Shown here piece after piece: positions 25,801 through 35,964 of a stretch of DNA of 64,000 nucleotides; position 1 is the stretch's first letter, and the number at the start of each line of letters is the position of its first letter. The notes below the pieces were generated by a model. The model saw only the letters and a list, made by a program, of their open reading frames with translations. It ran no database searches and was not told the DNA's origin. A program made the position numbers and the translations under genes. Origin of the DNA: a virus (taxonomy: Duplodnaviria > Caudoviricetes); the IMG/VR virus record IMGVR_UViG_3300045283_000318, positions 1,399 to 65,398 of that record; one strand, 5' to 3'.

Positions 25801-27981
25801 TTAGGGTTTTAATATTTCAATGGTATACGAAGAAAGCTCACAGGTATCACCTGTATTTCCAAGTTGGCAAGTAAATGTAACATTTTGGCTTGTGGTAGTG
25901 TCTAATGCTGTCGTTACTGATGTCGTAGTTGCTTGCATAGCAAAGTTAGCTTGTCCTATAGCTGTTCCAATTTGAGAATTAGTAACATTGCGATTATGAA
26001 TTTCAGTTTGATAACGTCCAGAAAGTACAGTAGCGCCAGCGGCACCTATATCCATATAAGTTGTTCCGCCAAATTTAATTCTAGGATCAACTGTGCCAGC
26101 GGTGCCGGTTTTAGTCCATTGAGCCGTAATGCGAAGCGCACCATTAGCGCCTAATGTATTTCCAGGAATAGCTACTGTGGCTAGAGTAGTTTCGCCAGTT
26201 GTACCAGTTACGGTCATGCCTGTAGCAGCAGACATAGCAATAATATAGACACCCTTTGTCAAATCATTCCCGGTTAACTGACCTACTGTGATAGGAGCAC
26301 CGGTACTAACTTGTTTCAACACCTGCGACGTGCCGCCTGTGGCACTGAGGTTCGCCGCCGTGCCACCTGAAGCCAGGTTTAGCGGACTGCCGAGAGAAAT
26401 GCCCCCGCCAGTTCCTGCGCCCGAAAATACGACATTGCCTGCGCCATCACAGAGCTGCACGAGATTGGCTGTAGCTCCGACGTATCCGCTATTGCAGGCG
26501 CCGATCGCAGTGTTGTTCGATCCTGTCGACAGAGCAGGAACGATATTCGGACCCACGACTGTGTTGTTCGATCCCGATGTGATCCCCGAACCCGCGTTAT
26601 AACCCAGAGCCACATTGGCATTGCCGGACAACGTGGCGGCCGACAACGAAAAGGCGCCCAGTGATGTATTCTGTGTCGTGCCTCCGGTGTTGCCGATTGC
26701 CCACCCGGAGCTGTAGCCCACGGCCGTATTGTAATCCCCAAAGCCGAATGTTTGGGTGCCCAGCATGGCTTTCCAACCAACTGCCGTATTGCCTCCTCCG
26801 TCGATATTGTAGATCAGCGTGGCTTCGCCAATCGCCGTGTTGGCGAAGCAGGTAGTACAAAATTCCATCACTTCGAAGCCGACACCAGTGTTGTAAGACG
26901 CTGTCGTTGCATTCAGGAAATTAGTGAGCCCGACAGCGGTGTTGTAATAGCCTTCCAATGATATCGCCGTCATGGCCGTCGGAGACCCCACGGTCTGCGA
27001 GGGCGAGATCGTGTAGTGGCCAATGCCGTTCGGCGTGCCGGAGACCTGTGCGCGAATCTGCGTGCCGACGGTCACGCCTGATCCCGACAATGTCGCCGTG
27101 CCGAGCCGCTCCCAAGGGACGGTCCCCGTCGTCATCGCGGTCACGTTCATATCGGTGCCGGTGATCGTGGCCGTGAACGTGCCGGCATTGTGCACCAGGT
27201 TGGTGCCGCCGTTGCCGACCATGAGCGACGAATTGGTGAAGTTCGGCGGCACGTAGAGGACGGACGTTGCGCCAAACCCGCTGTTCATCGTCAAGGCGCC
27301 GGCCGAAGAAATGCCGATGATCGGGTTATCCCGAAGGACGATGCCTCCAGTGCCGTTCCACGTCGGAATGCCTCGATCAGTCGACGTGCCGGGCCCCGTA
27401 ACAACACTCGTCGACCACGCAGGAACGCCGGACGAATTTTCGGACAGGAATCCGGTGCCGGAATTATTCCCCGCCAATGTGACCCAGGTTGTTCCGTTCC
27501 AGTACGGAATATCCCCTGCACGAGTGGGCGTGGGAGGAAGTGGTTTTCCGCAATCCGTCAGGCCGCCGGTTGTATTTGAGAAGCAGGCGATGTCGCCGAC
27601 AGTAACCGGCAAAGGGGTGACCGTGGGAAATCCCTGGGCAGTTCCGTTGATGACGAACTGCAGGGATTGTGCCGCTGCCGTACCGTAGTTCTGTAGCGAG
27701 ATGGTCGCAGCGCCCGTTGTGGACGCACCAAAGCAAAGCGAGTTCCAGCCTGCCGCTGTGGAACGTGCCGAATTGACGCAGATTCCGGCGCCGCCGTTGT
27801 TGGTTACGCCGAGCGAACTGATCGGGCTGTCGGAGGCGGATCCGCCGTCGCCGATCACGCCCGACGTGACCCACACCGGGACATGCCCCGCGGTGACGTT
27901 GCCGCTCTGGTTGACGGTTACGCCCCAGGCGGGCGTGGCCAGGGACAGCAAGCAGGCAAGCAGCAGCCAGTGGCGTTTCAT
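25801..27981 (-). CDS. Tail fibre / receptor-binding protein
   Basis: G/T/S-rich, NTAVG repeats of trimeric adhesin-head type; AT-rich C-terminal module. Confidence 0.8.
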   Translation of the reverse strand: MKRHWLLLACLLSLATPAWGVTVNQSGNVTAGHVPVWVTSGVIGDGGSASDSPISSLGVTNNGGAGICVNSARSTAAGWNSLCFGASTTGAATISLQNYGTAAAQSLQFVINGTAQGFPTVTPLPVTVGDIACFSNTTGGLTDCGKPLPPTPTRAGDIPYWNGTTWVTLAGNNSGTGFLSENSSGVPAWSTSVVTGPGTSTDRGIPTWNGTGGIVLRDNPIIGISSAGALTMNSGFGATSVLYVPPNFTNSSLMVGNGGTNLVHNAGTFTATITGTDMNVTAMTTGTVPWERLGTATLSGSGVTVGTQIRAQVSGTPNGIGHYTISPSQTVGSPTAMTAISLEGYYNTAVGLTNFLNATTASYNTGVGFEVMEFCTTCFANTAIGEATLIYNIDGGGNTAVGWKAMLGTQTFGFGDYNTAVGYSSGWAIGNTGGTTQNTSLGAFSLSAATLSGNANVALGYNAGSGITSGSNNTVVGPNIVPALSTGSNNTAIGACNSGYVGATANLVQLCDGAGNVVFSGAGTGGGISLGSPLNLASGGTAANLSATGGTSQVLKQVSTGAPITVGQLTGNDLTKGVYIIAMSAATGMTVTGTTGETTLATVAIPGNTLGANGALRITAQWTKTGTAGTVDPRIKFGGTTYMDIGAAGATVLSGRYQTEIHNRNVTNSQIGTAIGQANFAMQATTTSVTTALDTTTSQNVTFTCQLGNTGDTCELSSYTIEILKP

Positions 27982-27983
27982 GT

Positions 27984-28466
27984 TCAGCTTCCTGTCGTGA
28001 GGTCGATACCGACCGCGTAGATATCGGCGTTGGCAGGCACCCCTTGCGGGGTCGTCAGCGAGAAGAAAATCTGGCTGGATGTCAACAAGGCCGATGAGAA
28101 GCGCGCTGACAGTGCGAAAGCCGTCAAGGTCGGCTGCATCAGCAGATTTGCGCCGGTCAGAGCGGTATAGTTTTGCGCGGCCGAGACGATCGCACTGCCG
28201 CCCTTCGAAGCCGCGGAGTAGAATCCTCCGGCTGCGGTGGTCAGTGACCGCGTCGCATTGGTAATAATCAATCCGGTCAACTGGAATACCTGCACGGCCG
28301 ACTGCACGACGATCGGCTGGTCGTTGGTAGAATTGAAGTCAGCGTTCAACAAAGCGCCGAGCACGCGCTGGCCCGCCACCTGCGGACCGGCATCGCCGAT
28401 CACTCCACTGGTGATCCATTTTGCAAGATGGTTGCGGGTGACATTGCCTGACTGTTCAACGCTCAT
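27984..28466 (-). CDS. Virion structural protein sharing its N-terminus with the tail fibre
   Basis: VEQSGNVTRNH..WITSGVIGD vs fibre VNQSGNVTAGH..WVTSGVIGD. Confidence 0.7.
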   Translation of the reverse strand: MSVEQSGNVTRNHLAKWITSGVIGDAGPQVAGQRVLGALLNADFNSTNDQPIVVQSAVQVFQLTGLIITNATRSLTTAAGGFYSAASKGGSAIVSAAQNYTALTGANLLMQPTLTAFALSARFSSALLTSSQIFFSLTTPQGVPANADIYAVGIDLTTGS

Positions 28467-28736
28467 CTACTGCCCTACCAACCAATTTGTTCCGTTGCAT
28501 CGGACCATAACGGACACCGCGCCTCCACCGACCACGGCGACACCTAGCGCAGGCGTGAGCGAGTTCGTCACGGTATAGATGACATTGGTCAACGCCGCGG
28601 TACATGGCGGAAGCCCTGCCGCCGTGGTCGACGGTGATCCGAATGTCGTCGGCGACGTGACTGGTGCGGTCATGCTCTGTGCGAACGCAACAGCCGACGT
28701 GACCAACAAAATAAATGCTGCGATAATGTTTCTCAT
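28467..28736 (-). CDS. Small structural/secreted-type protein
   Basis: LPPCTAA...GGG...VRCNGTNW. Confidence 0.65.
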   Translation of the reverse strand: MRNIIAAFILLVTSAVAFAQSMTAPVTSPTTFGSPSTTAAGLPPCTAALTNVIYTVTNSLTPALGVAVVGGGAVSVMVRCNGTNWLVGQ

Positions 28737-29171
28737 TGGAAGTCTGCTTCAATCGCACCTGTCAACACGCCCGTGGTGTAGGTGTAAGGTGTCGCAGCCG
28801 ACGTGATCAAAATCTGGATACCTGCCGAGTAGTTAATGTACATCGGAATGCGGGTCAACGAGCAACCGCGCGCCGTCGTGTCCATGAAGCAGAAGTCCAG
28901 CACGTTGGCGGCCGTTAGCGCACCAGTTCCGGGCGTGGCGGCTCCGTTGTAGGCAACACAGAAACCAGCTGCGGCGCCCGAAATCGCGGTACAATTGAAA
29001 TTGTAGAGGTTGCCGGCCGATGCTTTGACGCTCGACAGTGGCGGTGCAAGGAGCCCAGTGCAACGGCGGGCCAGTATCAACGAGGCAGTACAAATCCACC
29101 TCGGCTTGCGCGGAACCGATCCAGGGCAGGAGCAGCGTTAGACCAAGCAGGAATTTCGCGAGTTTTGTCAT
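28733..29171 (-). pseudogene. Frameshifted structural gene (two frames joined near 29040)
   Basis: Signal-peptide N-terminus in one frame, VKASAGNLY... domain in the +1 frame; outer ends coupled to neighbours. Confidence 0.6.
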
Positions 29172-29455
29172 TTCCGCCTCACGATGTAGTTAGCCGCCAG
29201 CGTGAAGACGGCATAGATCGACAGCGAGATGATCTGCTTCTCGTTCGGGTCAGGAATCGAATACCATAGATACCAGGCGCCGATGCAGGTGATGAGCGTG
29301 AAGAGATCAGTGGCAGCGACTAGGGCGCGCTGGCTCAGCGCCTTGAGTGCCACGGTGAGCATGGCGATCGCGACGCCGTTATCCGGCGCGACAACCGGCC
29401 GTTCCTCAGTTTCCGTTCCGCCTACGACCTCGAAGCCCGGGTTCGTCATCGCCAT
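29168..29455 (-). CDS. Two-TM membrane protein
   Basis: ALSQRAL followed by two hydrophobic helices. Confidence 0.7.
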   Translation of the reverse strand: MAMTNPGFEVVGGTETEERPVVAPDNGVAIAMLTVALKALSQRALVAATDLFTLITCIGAWYLWYSIPDPNEKQIISLSIYAVFTLAANYIVRRK

Positions 29456-29681
29456 CGGTGGTCTCCGTCGCGTGGATACTGGACTGGAAAGAATCGAAAT
29501 TGGGGAAGTCGTTCAGATCGTCGACCGGCTTCATGTTCTTCATTTTCTGGACATAAAACGGCGTCAGTGCCTTGAGCGCGTCGATGCGATCACCGAACGC
29601 CTTCTCGGTCAGCCGCGCTTCCTTGGCAATCTCGGCAGCCAAGGCCTCGTACTCGGTCAGAAAGTCAGGCTCGTTGCTCAC
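29406..29681 (-). CDS. Hypothetical protein
   Basis: Coupled ORF. Confidence 0.6.
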   Translation of the reverse strand: MSNEPDFLTEYEALAAEIAKEARLTEKAFGDRIDALKALTPFYVQKMKNMKPVDDLNDFPNFDSFQSSIHATETTDGDDEPGLRGRRRNGN

Positions 29682-32600
29682 TCCAGCACTCCCTGATCCG
29701 GCTGCTGCGAATACTGGTGCAAGCTGCTGCCGGTTGCCGACCCCATGGCCCCGCCCTTCTGGAGGGCCGCCTGCAACTCGGCGCGCGCGCTTTCCCGGGC
29801 GGCAGGATCACGGGACTGTAACCCCTTCCGCAGCCAGCGCAATGTCGAGGGCGAGGTCAGGAGCCCCCTGACGGTGTTGTAGTAAGCGGTCAACGCCGCG
29901 CGAGCTCCAAAATTGGCCCCGGGCAGCATTTTCATGGGCCCGGCCAGCTTGCCCAGCCCCGACGCCCGCCCGAACGGGTTCTCGACCGCCGACTGTGCCA
30001 TCATCGAGCCGCCGAGGTCACCGCTGGCCCCGCGCGTGGTGTGCCCAGACATCAGGAGCTTCATCTCCTTGGCCAGCATGTGCATGTCCTCAAGCGTGAC
30101 GCCCGGGAACATCAGCGCCTGGATCTCGGGCGAGGTGGCGGCCAGCTTCTCGCCGGGTTCCAGGGTCTCGCGCATGAACCGCTCAGTCCAGATCTGGCGC
30201 ATCAGCTGGAACTCGGGCGACATCTCCCTGCCCGGGAAGGCGCGCGCGGCCGCCACGATCAGGTCGGGATCGCCCAGAATCTTGTCAACCGCTGCATTGG
30301 CGCCGACGGTGGAATTGGTCAGAAACCCAAGCGGGTCAGGCTTCTGCTTCGCCGCGAACTCCTTACGGGTTGCCGCCTCGACCTTCTTCATCTCGTTGGC
30401 AAGCGCCTTGAGCGGATCGGTTTTAGCCAGATTCTCGGCGTCGGCCGCCGCGGAGCGGGCGCGCAGGATGATGTCGGCCGCGGTATCGCCCGGCTTCGGC
30501 TTGATGTCGAGCTTGCCGCGCAGCGCTTCCACGTAGGCTGCCTGTTTTTCCAACCGACCGGCACCCTCCTTGCCGTGCAGGACCTCGAGCACGCCGTTGC
30601 GCTTGCGATCAAGCACCTGGCGCGCAAATGCCACGCCATCGACCTCGTCGGTGCCGAGCTTGACGGACTGCGTCAGCATGTCCTTGACGTCGGCGGCGCG
30701 CAGCGCGTCCCAGGTTTGGGGCCCGACCGTCTTCTTGATGGTCTCGGCGACCTCAGTCTGTCCGTCCCGGATTGCCAGCTTGAGGAGCGCCTTGGGATCG
30801 GCCTGGATGCCGCCGACATCGAGCGCGCGGACCATCGCCTTCAACTGCTGCTGGTTCAGCGGGCCCATGTTCTCACGATAGAAACCATCGGCCATCTTGA
30901 GGAGCTGCGAGGCTTCCTTGATCTGCGGTGCGGCCGACTCTTCGACCGGATGCAGCACCTCGTTAACCTTTTTGTCGAGAAATTTCAGCGTGCCGTTGCG
31001 GACGTCCGAGGTCAGGTCATTCCACTTGATGTCCTGCCTGATCTGGGAGCGCAAATTGTGCAGCTGCACCCACGTCGCCTCGGCCGGCTCCTTGATCCAC
31101 TCGCCGGTCTTTTCGTCCTTGACGCCTGCAATGTCGCGTAGCTTGCGCACGATCGACGGATGCAGCGACTCGAACCCTTCCGGCAACTCGGCCAGCAGCT
31201 GCTGTGCCGGCTGCGCAAGCCCATTGGAACCTGGCGGCACGAGGCCGCCGGCTGCCGTCTCGGCATCACCGTACATCTTGCTCGCCCGTGACTGGATACT
31301 GGCACGCAGGTCGACGAAGCTCTTGGCCACGGTGCGCCAGAGATCGCCCGAGTTGTAGCCGGCTTTGGCCACTTTCAACGCGTCGTCGGCCTGCTTCTCG
31401 ATCGCCTGAAAGCCTTCCCGCACCAGCGTATCCGCCGCGGTCTTGGCCTTCTCGGCGGTCTTGACCACGCTCTCGTTGCGTACTCGGGCTGCCTCGATAT
31501 CCGGTGCGTGCTTGGCTTCCACGCCCGCGCGGCGGCGCGCCAGCTCCTCATTCAGCAACCGGTCAGCCTCGGCGGACTGCTCCACCGCACGCAGCCGCGC
31601 CGACTCCTTGAGCAGGATACCAGCCTTCTCGGTCGGCACCGCGGCCGTCGGATGGGTCAGCGAGCCCTCGACCAGTGAGCCGATGTCCTTCGAAGACAGG
31701 ATCTCCTTGGCCTTCTTGTCCATGTACTTCTCGGCATTTGCCAAGTAAGTATCTGATTTGTCGAACTTCTGCTGCAGCACCTCGGCGACGTTGGTCAGAT
31801 GCGGCGAGGACTCGAAGATCGCCGACGGCGACACTGCGGTACCCGGCTTGGACAGCCCGAACGGGCCCTTGCCGGCCTGCTCGCCGGCCTCGGCGATCGG
31901 TATCGCGGTTTCCAGCGCCTCCTTGTTGGTGCCAAGGAACTTGTTTGCCACTTTCGACGCCCCGCGGACGGCTCCCTTGACGCCCTCCTTGGCAGCCGGC
32001 AACGCGGCAAACAGGACGCGTCCGCCGACGTCGCCCGCAGCACTCGCCACGCCGGCCATCCGGGCGTTCTCCTCACCGCCTTCCGGGTCGTACACCCCGG
32101 CCAGCTGGCTGAAGATGTCGTTGATACGCTGGCCCATGTAGCCGCCGCCGTAGGCCCCCGCAGCGCCGCCCACAGCTGTTCCCCCACCGGGTTCGGCGAT
32201 CGTGCCGACGCCGCCGCCGATGACACTGCCGACCGCTCCCAACGCGCCGGGGATCGCTTCGGACGCGACAAAGCCGGTCGCAGCACTCAGCCCCCGCCCC
32301 GGCTTGCGCAGCTTGCCGCCCTCGTCCTCGATGTAAAAGCCGCCCGACGGATCCTCGCGGACCTTGCCCGGGTAGAACTTCTCGAGCGCCATCTTCCGGC
32401 CTTTATCGGAATGGGCGATGTCATAGAGGGTCTGGGCGGTAAAATCGACGCCCTCGTAGAACGGTTTGGTACGGAAATTGCCTTCCGGATCGACAAACTC
32501 CACACCCTCCTCGAGGGCGAGATAGTCCTGGTTCCCCTCGTTCCCCTTTCGGATCGGTTTGTACCGAGTTTGTCCATCCGGACCGATGAAGCGGGCACCA

Positions 32601-32749
32601 TGCGGGAGCGCCGTGAAGTCTTCGTCGCCTTTGACGTGCGGCAAATCCTTGGATTTCGTGGTCTGTGTGCCAAGGTCAAGCGCACCCGCCGCGCCGGGAT
32701 CGCCGGACGCCATGTTTTCCTGTTCGAGCGGCAAGCCGTCAGCCATCAA
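29678..32749 (-). CDS. Large internal virion (DNA ejection) protein
   Basis: 1023 aa, helical, Gly-rich hydrophobic patch; third of three large genes after the tail tube gene. Confidence 0.7.
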   Translation of the reverse strand: MMADGLPLEQENMASGDPGAAGALDLGTQTTKSKDLPHVKGDEDFTALPHGARFIGPDGQTRYKPIRKGNEGNQDYLALEEGVEFVDPEGNFRTKPFYEGVDFTAQTLYDIAHSDKGRKMALEKFYPGKVREDPSGGFYIEDEGGKLRKPGRGLSAATGFVASEAIPGALGAVGSVIGGGVGTIAEPGGGTAVGGAAGAYGGGYMGQRINDIFSQLAGVYDPEGGEENARMAGVASAAGDVGGRVLFAALPAAKEGVKGAVRGASKVANKFLGTNKEALETAIPIAEAGEQAGKGPFGLSKPGTAVSPSAIFESSPHLTNVAEVLQQKFDKSDTYLANAEKYMDKKAKEILSSKDIGSLVEGSLTHPTAAVPTEKAGILLKESARLRAVEQSAEADRLLNEELARRRAGVEAKHAPDIEAARVRNESVVKTAEKAKTAADTLVREGFQAIEKQADDALKVAKAGYNSGDLWRTVAKSFVDLRASIQSRASKMYGDAETAAGGLVPPGSNGLAQPAQQLLAELPEGFESLHPSIVRKLRDIAGVKDEKTGEWIKEPAEATWVQLHNLRSQIRQDIKWNDLTSDVRNGTLKFLDKKVNEVLHPVEESAAPQIKEASQLLKMADGFYRENMGPLNQQQLKAMVRALDVGGIQADPKALLKLAIRDGQTEVAETIKKTVGPQTWDALRAADVKDMLTQSVKLGTDEVDGVAFARQVLDRKRNGVLEVLHGKEGAGRLEKQAAYVEALRGKLDIKPKPGDTAADIILRARSAAADAENLAKTDPLKALANEMKKVEAATRKEFAAKQKPDPLGFLTNSTVGANAAVDKILGDPDLIVAAARAFPGREMSPEFQLMRQIWTERFMRETLEPGEKLAATSPEIQALMFPGVTLEDMHMLAKEMKLLMSGHTTRGASGDLGGSMMAQSAVENPFGRASGLGKLAGPMKMLPGANFGARAALTAYYNTVRGLLTSPSTLRWLRKGLQSRDPAARESARAELQAALQKGGAMGSATGSSLHQYSQQPDQGVLE

Positions 32750-32754
32750 AAATG

Positions 32755-34755
32755 CTATCCTACCTGGGGACTGCGCAGCAGTTTGCGCATTGCTCTGCCT
32801 ATTTCTATGTCAGTCATTCCCTCGTATGGTGATGGCGGAGGCGGCTCTTCTTGCGCGGCGCGCAGGGCTTTTTCAAAAGCAGCGGCGATGCTCGAATCAT
32901 CCTCTTCCTCGTCTCCCGCTGCCATTCTGATGTTCGGACCTGCTTCTGACCGTTTTTCGCCGCCCTTTACCGGAGCCATCATCCAGAGAGGCTGTTTACC
33001 GCCTTTTTCTTCTGCTGGGGCGGCCGGTGCTTCGCTCCCGCCGGACACCGGACCACGACCTTCACCGCGATCCTTGAGCTGCTGCTTGATCCGCTTGATG
33101 ACCGGCCGCAATTCCACGATCGCCCGGACCGTGTTCGGCCCCGTGTCACCCGGGTTGAGCCCGGCGAAGATGACGCTGGCGTCCTTGGCTTCCGAGGACA
33201 ACGGGCGCCCGGTTCGATCGTTGACGACGGATTGACCCCACTCCTTCAACTCGGTGGCGATACGCTGGAACTGCTTGCGATCGGTCTCGTTCGAGCCGAG
33301 TACGTTCGAGATCGCCTCCACCGGGCGCGATAGCGTGCCGCCGACGCCGGTGATGAACTTGTGCTTGGAAAGCAGGCCCTCCATCTCATCCATCGCCGAT
33401 TCCATGCGTTCAGCTTTCTGGTACTGGGCGTCCAGCTGCATCTTGGCGTTACCCGACGGCACCTTGCCGGCCGACGCCACCTCCTTCGAGGCGCGATCGA
33501 ACGCCTCGGTATGCGCCTTTTCGGGCGACATGCCCTTGGCGACGTTCTCCTCGGTGTACTGCTTGGTCCGGCGGTCGATTTCGAACTTCTCGGGGTGCAG
33601 TGCCGGATTGCCGCCGGATGCCCCGCCTCCCCCGCGCGTCGCGCTGAGCCCGAAGGTCTGCAGCAACGCAGCATCGCGTTCCGGCGTGATCTTGCCGCCA
33701 TTGGCGTCCATCTCGGCCTGGCGCGCCTCCTGGTAACCCTGGATATTCGGCGCCTTGACGCTGAACGACTGGTGGATCTCGGCCAGCCCGTCGGCGATTT
33801 CCTGCGCGCTCTTGTTCATGTTCTTCTGCATGAACGCGCCAACCGCTTCCTGCTCAGCGGTGCCGTATTTGCCTTGCCCGTCATAAATGCGCTGGATCTG
33901 AGCGGCCAGCTGCAACTTGTCGGATATGGGATCGCCGGTCTGCGGCGGATTCTTCTTGATGGCGTCCACCGCCGCCTTCTGAACAGTATGCAGGTCGATC
34001 GCATCGGCCGATTTCATCATTGCTTCGTGCGCTGCCGCGCGCGACGCCTGCAATTCGTAGATTTCCTTGACCATGCCGTGCTCGGCCAGCATCAACATCT
34101 GCTGATCACCGAACTTGACGGCGGCATGCCTGAATTTCGCATCGCTCGCGACCGCGTCCGCCTGTCCCAGGGACAGGGCGTCGGTGTAGAGCTCGTGCTG
34201 GGTCCTGAAGCGCTGGTCGGCCAGCTGCACATTGGTCTTGAACGCGTCGAAATCACGCTGATAGCCGGCCTCGTTGCCTTCCTTGATCGAGTTGATCGCG
34301 CCGGCCATGCCGTTGATCGCGTTCTCCATCGGGGCGTGGGTGAAGGCCGACGCCACCATGGCGAACAGGCCGCCCATCGAACCGAAGCCCTCGATCGGGT
34401 TGGTTTCCCACTTCCTGTGCTGCTTCTCGGCGTCCCAGTTCTTCGGCATCTCAGCCGCCGCGACGCCCTCCTGCTGGAAAGCATGGTTGCGCACCGCGCG
34501 GTCGCGCGCCTGCTGCTCGTCGAACTCCGCGGACATGCGGGTGTCCTCGCCGACCTTCTTGCGCTGCAGGCTGGTCAGGCTGGAGACGAGACCGCCCACC
34601 GAGGAATCGTCGGCCGGCGGGGCGAGATCGGCGATCGAGGACGAAGGCGTTGCGGTCTGCCCCGCGCCGCGGTCCGCGTCGACGCCCCGGCGCCAGTCAT
34701 CGACCGCCGCCTGATCGGGCAGTCGAAGTGGTTCGTCGGTAGCGACATCAGCCAT
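32755..34755 (-). CDS. Internal virion (ejection) protein
   Basis: 666 aa helical; position. Confidence 0.65.
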   Translation of the reverse strand: MADVATDEPLRLPDQAAVDDWRRGVDADRGAGQTATPSSSIADLAPPADDSSVGGLVSSLTSLQRKKVGEDTRMSAEFDEQQARDRAVRNHAFQQEGVAAAEMPKNWDAEKQHRKWETNPIEGFGSMGGLFAMVASAFTHAPMENAINGMAGAINSIKEGNEAGYQRDFDAFKTNVQLADQRFRTQHELYTDALSLGQADAVASDAKFRHAAVKFGDQQMLMLAEHGMVKEIYELQASRAAAHEAMMKSADAIDLHTVQKAAVDAIKKNPPQTGDPISDKLQLAAQIQRIYDGQGKYGTAEQEAVGAFMQKNMNKSAQEIADGLAEIHQSFSVKAPNIQGYQEARQAEMDANGGKITPERDAALLQTFGLSATRGGGGASGGNPALHPEKFEIDRRTKQYTEENVAKGMSPEKAHTEAFDRASKEVASAGKVPSGNAKMQLDAQYQKAERMESAMDEMEGLLSKHKFITGVGGTLSRPVEAISNVLGSNETDRKQFQRIATELKEWGQSVVNDRTGRPLSSEAKDASVIFAGLNPGDTGPNTVRAIVELRPVIKRIKQQLKDRGEGRGPVSGGSEAPAAPAEEKGGKQPLWMMAPVKGGEKRSEAGPNIRMAAGDEEEDDSSIAAAFEKALRAAQEEPPPPSPYEGMTDIEIGRAMRKLLRSPQVG

Positions 34756-34758
34756 CGG

Positions 34759-35955
34759 CTACCCCTGACTGATGGTAATGCCGTTGAGATTGGCTTGCGA
34801 CTTGCCGTTCATCGCAGCGGCCAGCGTGGCGATCGCCTTACCGGTGTTCGCCGCCTGCGCGGTGTCGTTCTGCACCAGTGTCCCGTAGAGGTTGCCCGAC
34901 AAGTTCGCCGCCGACTGTCCCGAGTTGATGAGGCTCGACCCGGACGAGAACAGCTGGCTGGCGACTTGCGCCTGCATACCCGCGCGCGAGGCGTCGATCT
35001 TGGCCAGCGTGGCGGCCAGCGACGTGTTCTTGGTTGGATCGGTCGGCTGCCCCTGTGCTGCCGCATTCGAAATCGCCGTGGTCTTGGCGTCGTTGATGGC
35101 GTTGTCGACCTGCTGCTGATAGGCCGGCGGCAGGGTGCCGTCGGTCATGTATTTCTGCAATGCCTCGCCGCTCGCGACCATCTGGTCGGAGTTTGCGGTT
35201 GCTTTCTTGGCGTCAGCCGTCAGCGCCGCCTGATTGGCGGACTGCTTCTGGCCGGCCATAATGTTGTAGCCGAGGCCGGCCGCGCCAAGCGCCGTGCCGA
35301 CCGGGTTCTTGGTCACCGAGTCCACGACACTGCCACCGGCCTTACCCAGCAAATCGCCGATCGAAGTCGATTTGGCTGCTTGCCCAGCAGTTGCTGCGGT
35401 TCCTCCGGCGACCGCGGTCGGATCAGGCACCCCGGAAACTCCCGCCGGTGCCGCCACGGACGACGCGCTGGTGCCCGCGGAAGGCGCACCGGTGCCGCTC
35501 ACACCGGTCAGCGGTGACGCACCCGTATCGAACACCGACGCACCCGCATTGGCATTCGCCACATTCGGACTGAGCGAAGCGCTGGCCGGACCGAAGGAAG
35601 ACGTGCCTCCGAACGCCTGGGGGGTCATAGCGCTGGGATTGAAGCCGGACGCGCCGGGGGCGCCCATGAAAGCTTCTGCGGTGCCAAGTGCCGTGGCGCC
35701 ACCGCCGCCGATCAAACCGGCAATGTCGCCTGCGCCACCGGCCAGCGCCGTCCCTTCGAGCCCCGTGGTGCCGCCGAACAGTCCGGCACCGCTACCTACG
35801 ATGTCGGCGATCCCCCCGCCGGTGCCCGCGGCTGCCTCGCCGAGGCCTCCACCGATCGTCCCGACCCCGGTTTCAAACACTGGAGCGGCCGCTTCCGCGC
35901 CGGCGCCCGCAAAACCGGAAATCGCCTCTCCGGCAGCCATCGCCAGGTCACCCAT
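34759..35955 (-). CDS. Gly/Ala-rich pilot/ejection protein
   Basis: Composition and position typical of podovirus pilot proteins. Confidence 0.65.
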   Translation of the reverse strand: MGDLAMAAGEAISGFAGAGAEAAAPVFETGVGTIGGGLGEAAAGTGGGIADIVGSGAGLFGGTTGLEGTALAGGAGDIAGLIGGGGATALGTAEAFMGAPGASGFNPSAMTPQAFGGTSSFGPASASLSPNVANANAGASVFDTGASPLTGVSGTGAPSAGTSASSVAAPAGVSGVPDPTAVAGGTAATAGQAAKSTSIGDLLGKAGGSVVDSVTKNPVGTALGAAGLGYNIMAGQKQSANQAALTADAKKATANSDQMVASGEALQKYMTDGTLPPAYQQQVDNAINDAKTTAISNAAAQGQPTDPTKNTSLAATLAKIDASRAGMQAQVASQLFSSGSSLINSGQSAANLSGNLYGTLVQNDTAQAANTGKAIATLAAAMNGKSQANLNGITISQG

Positions 35956-35964
35956 GAACGCCTC

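Noticed and set aside
30041-35517. Long plus-strand ORFs (366, 478, 718 aa)
   Set aside because: Antisense shadows of high-GC3 virion genes; no motifs or RBS
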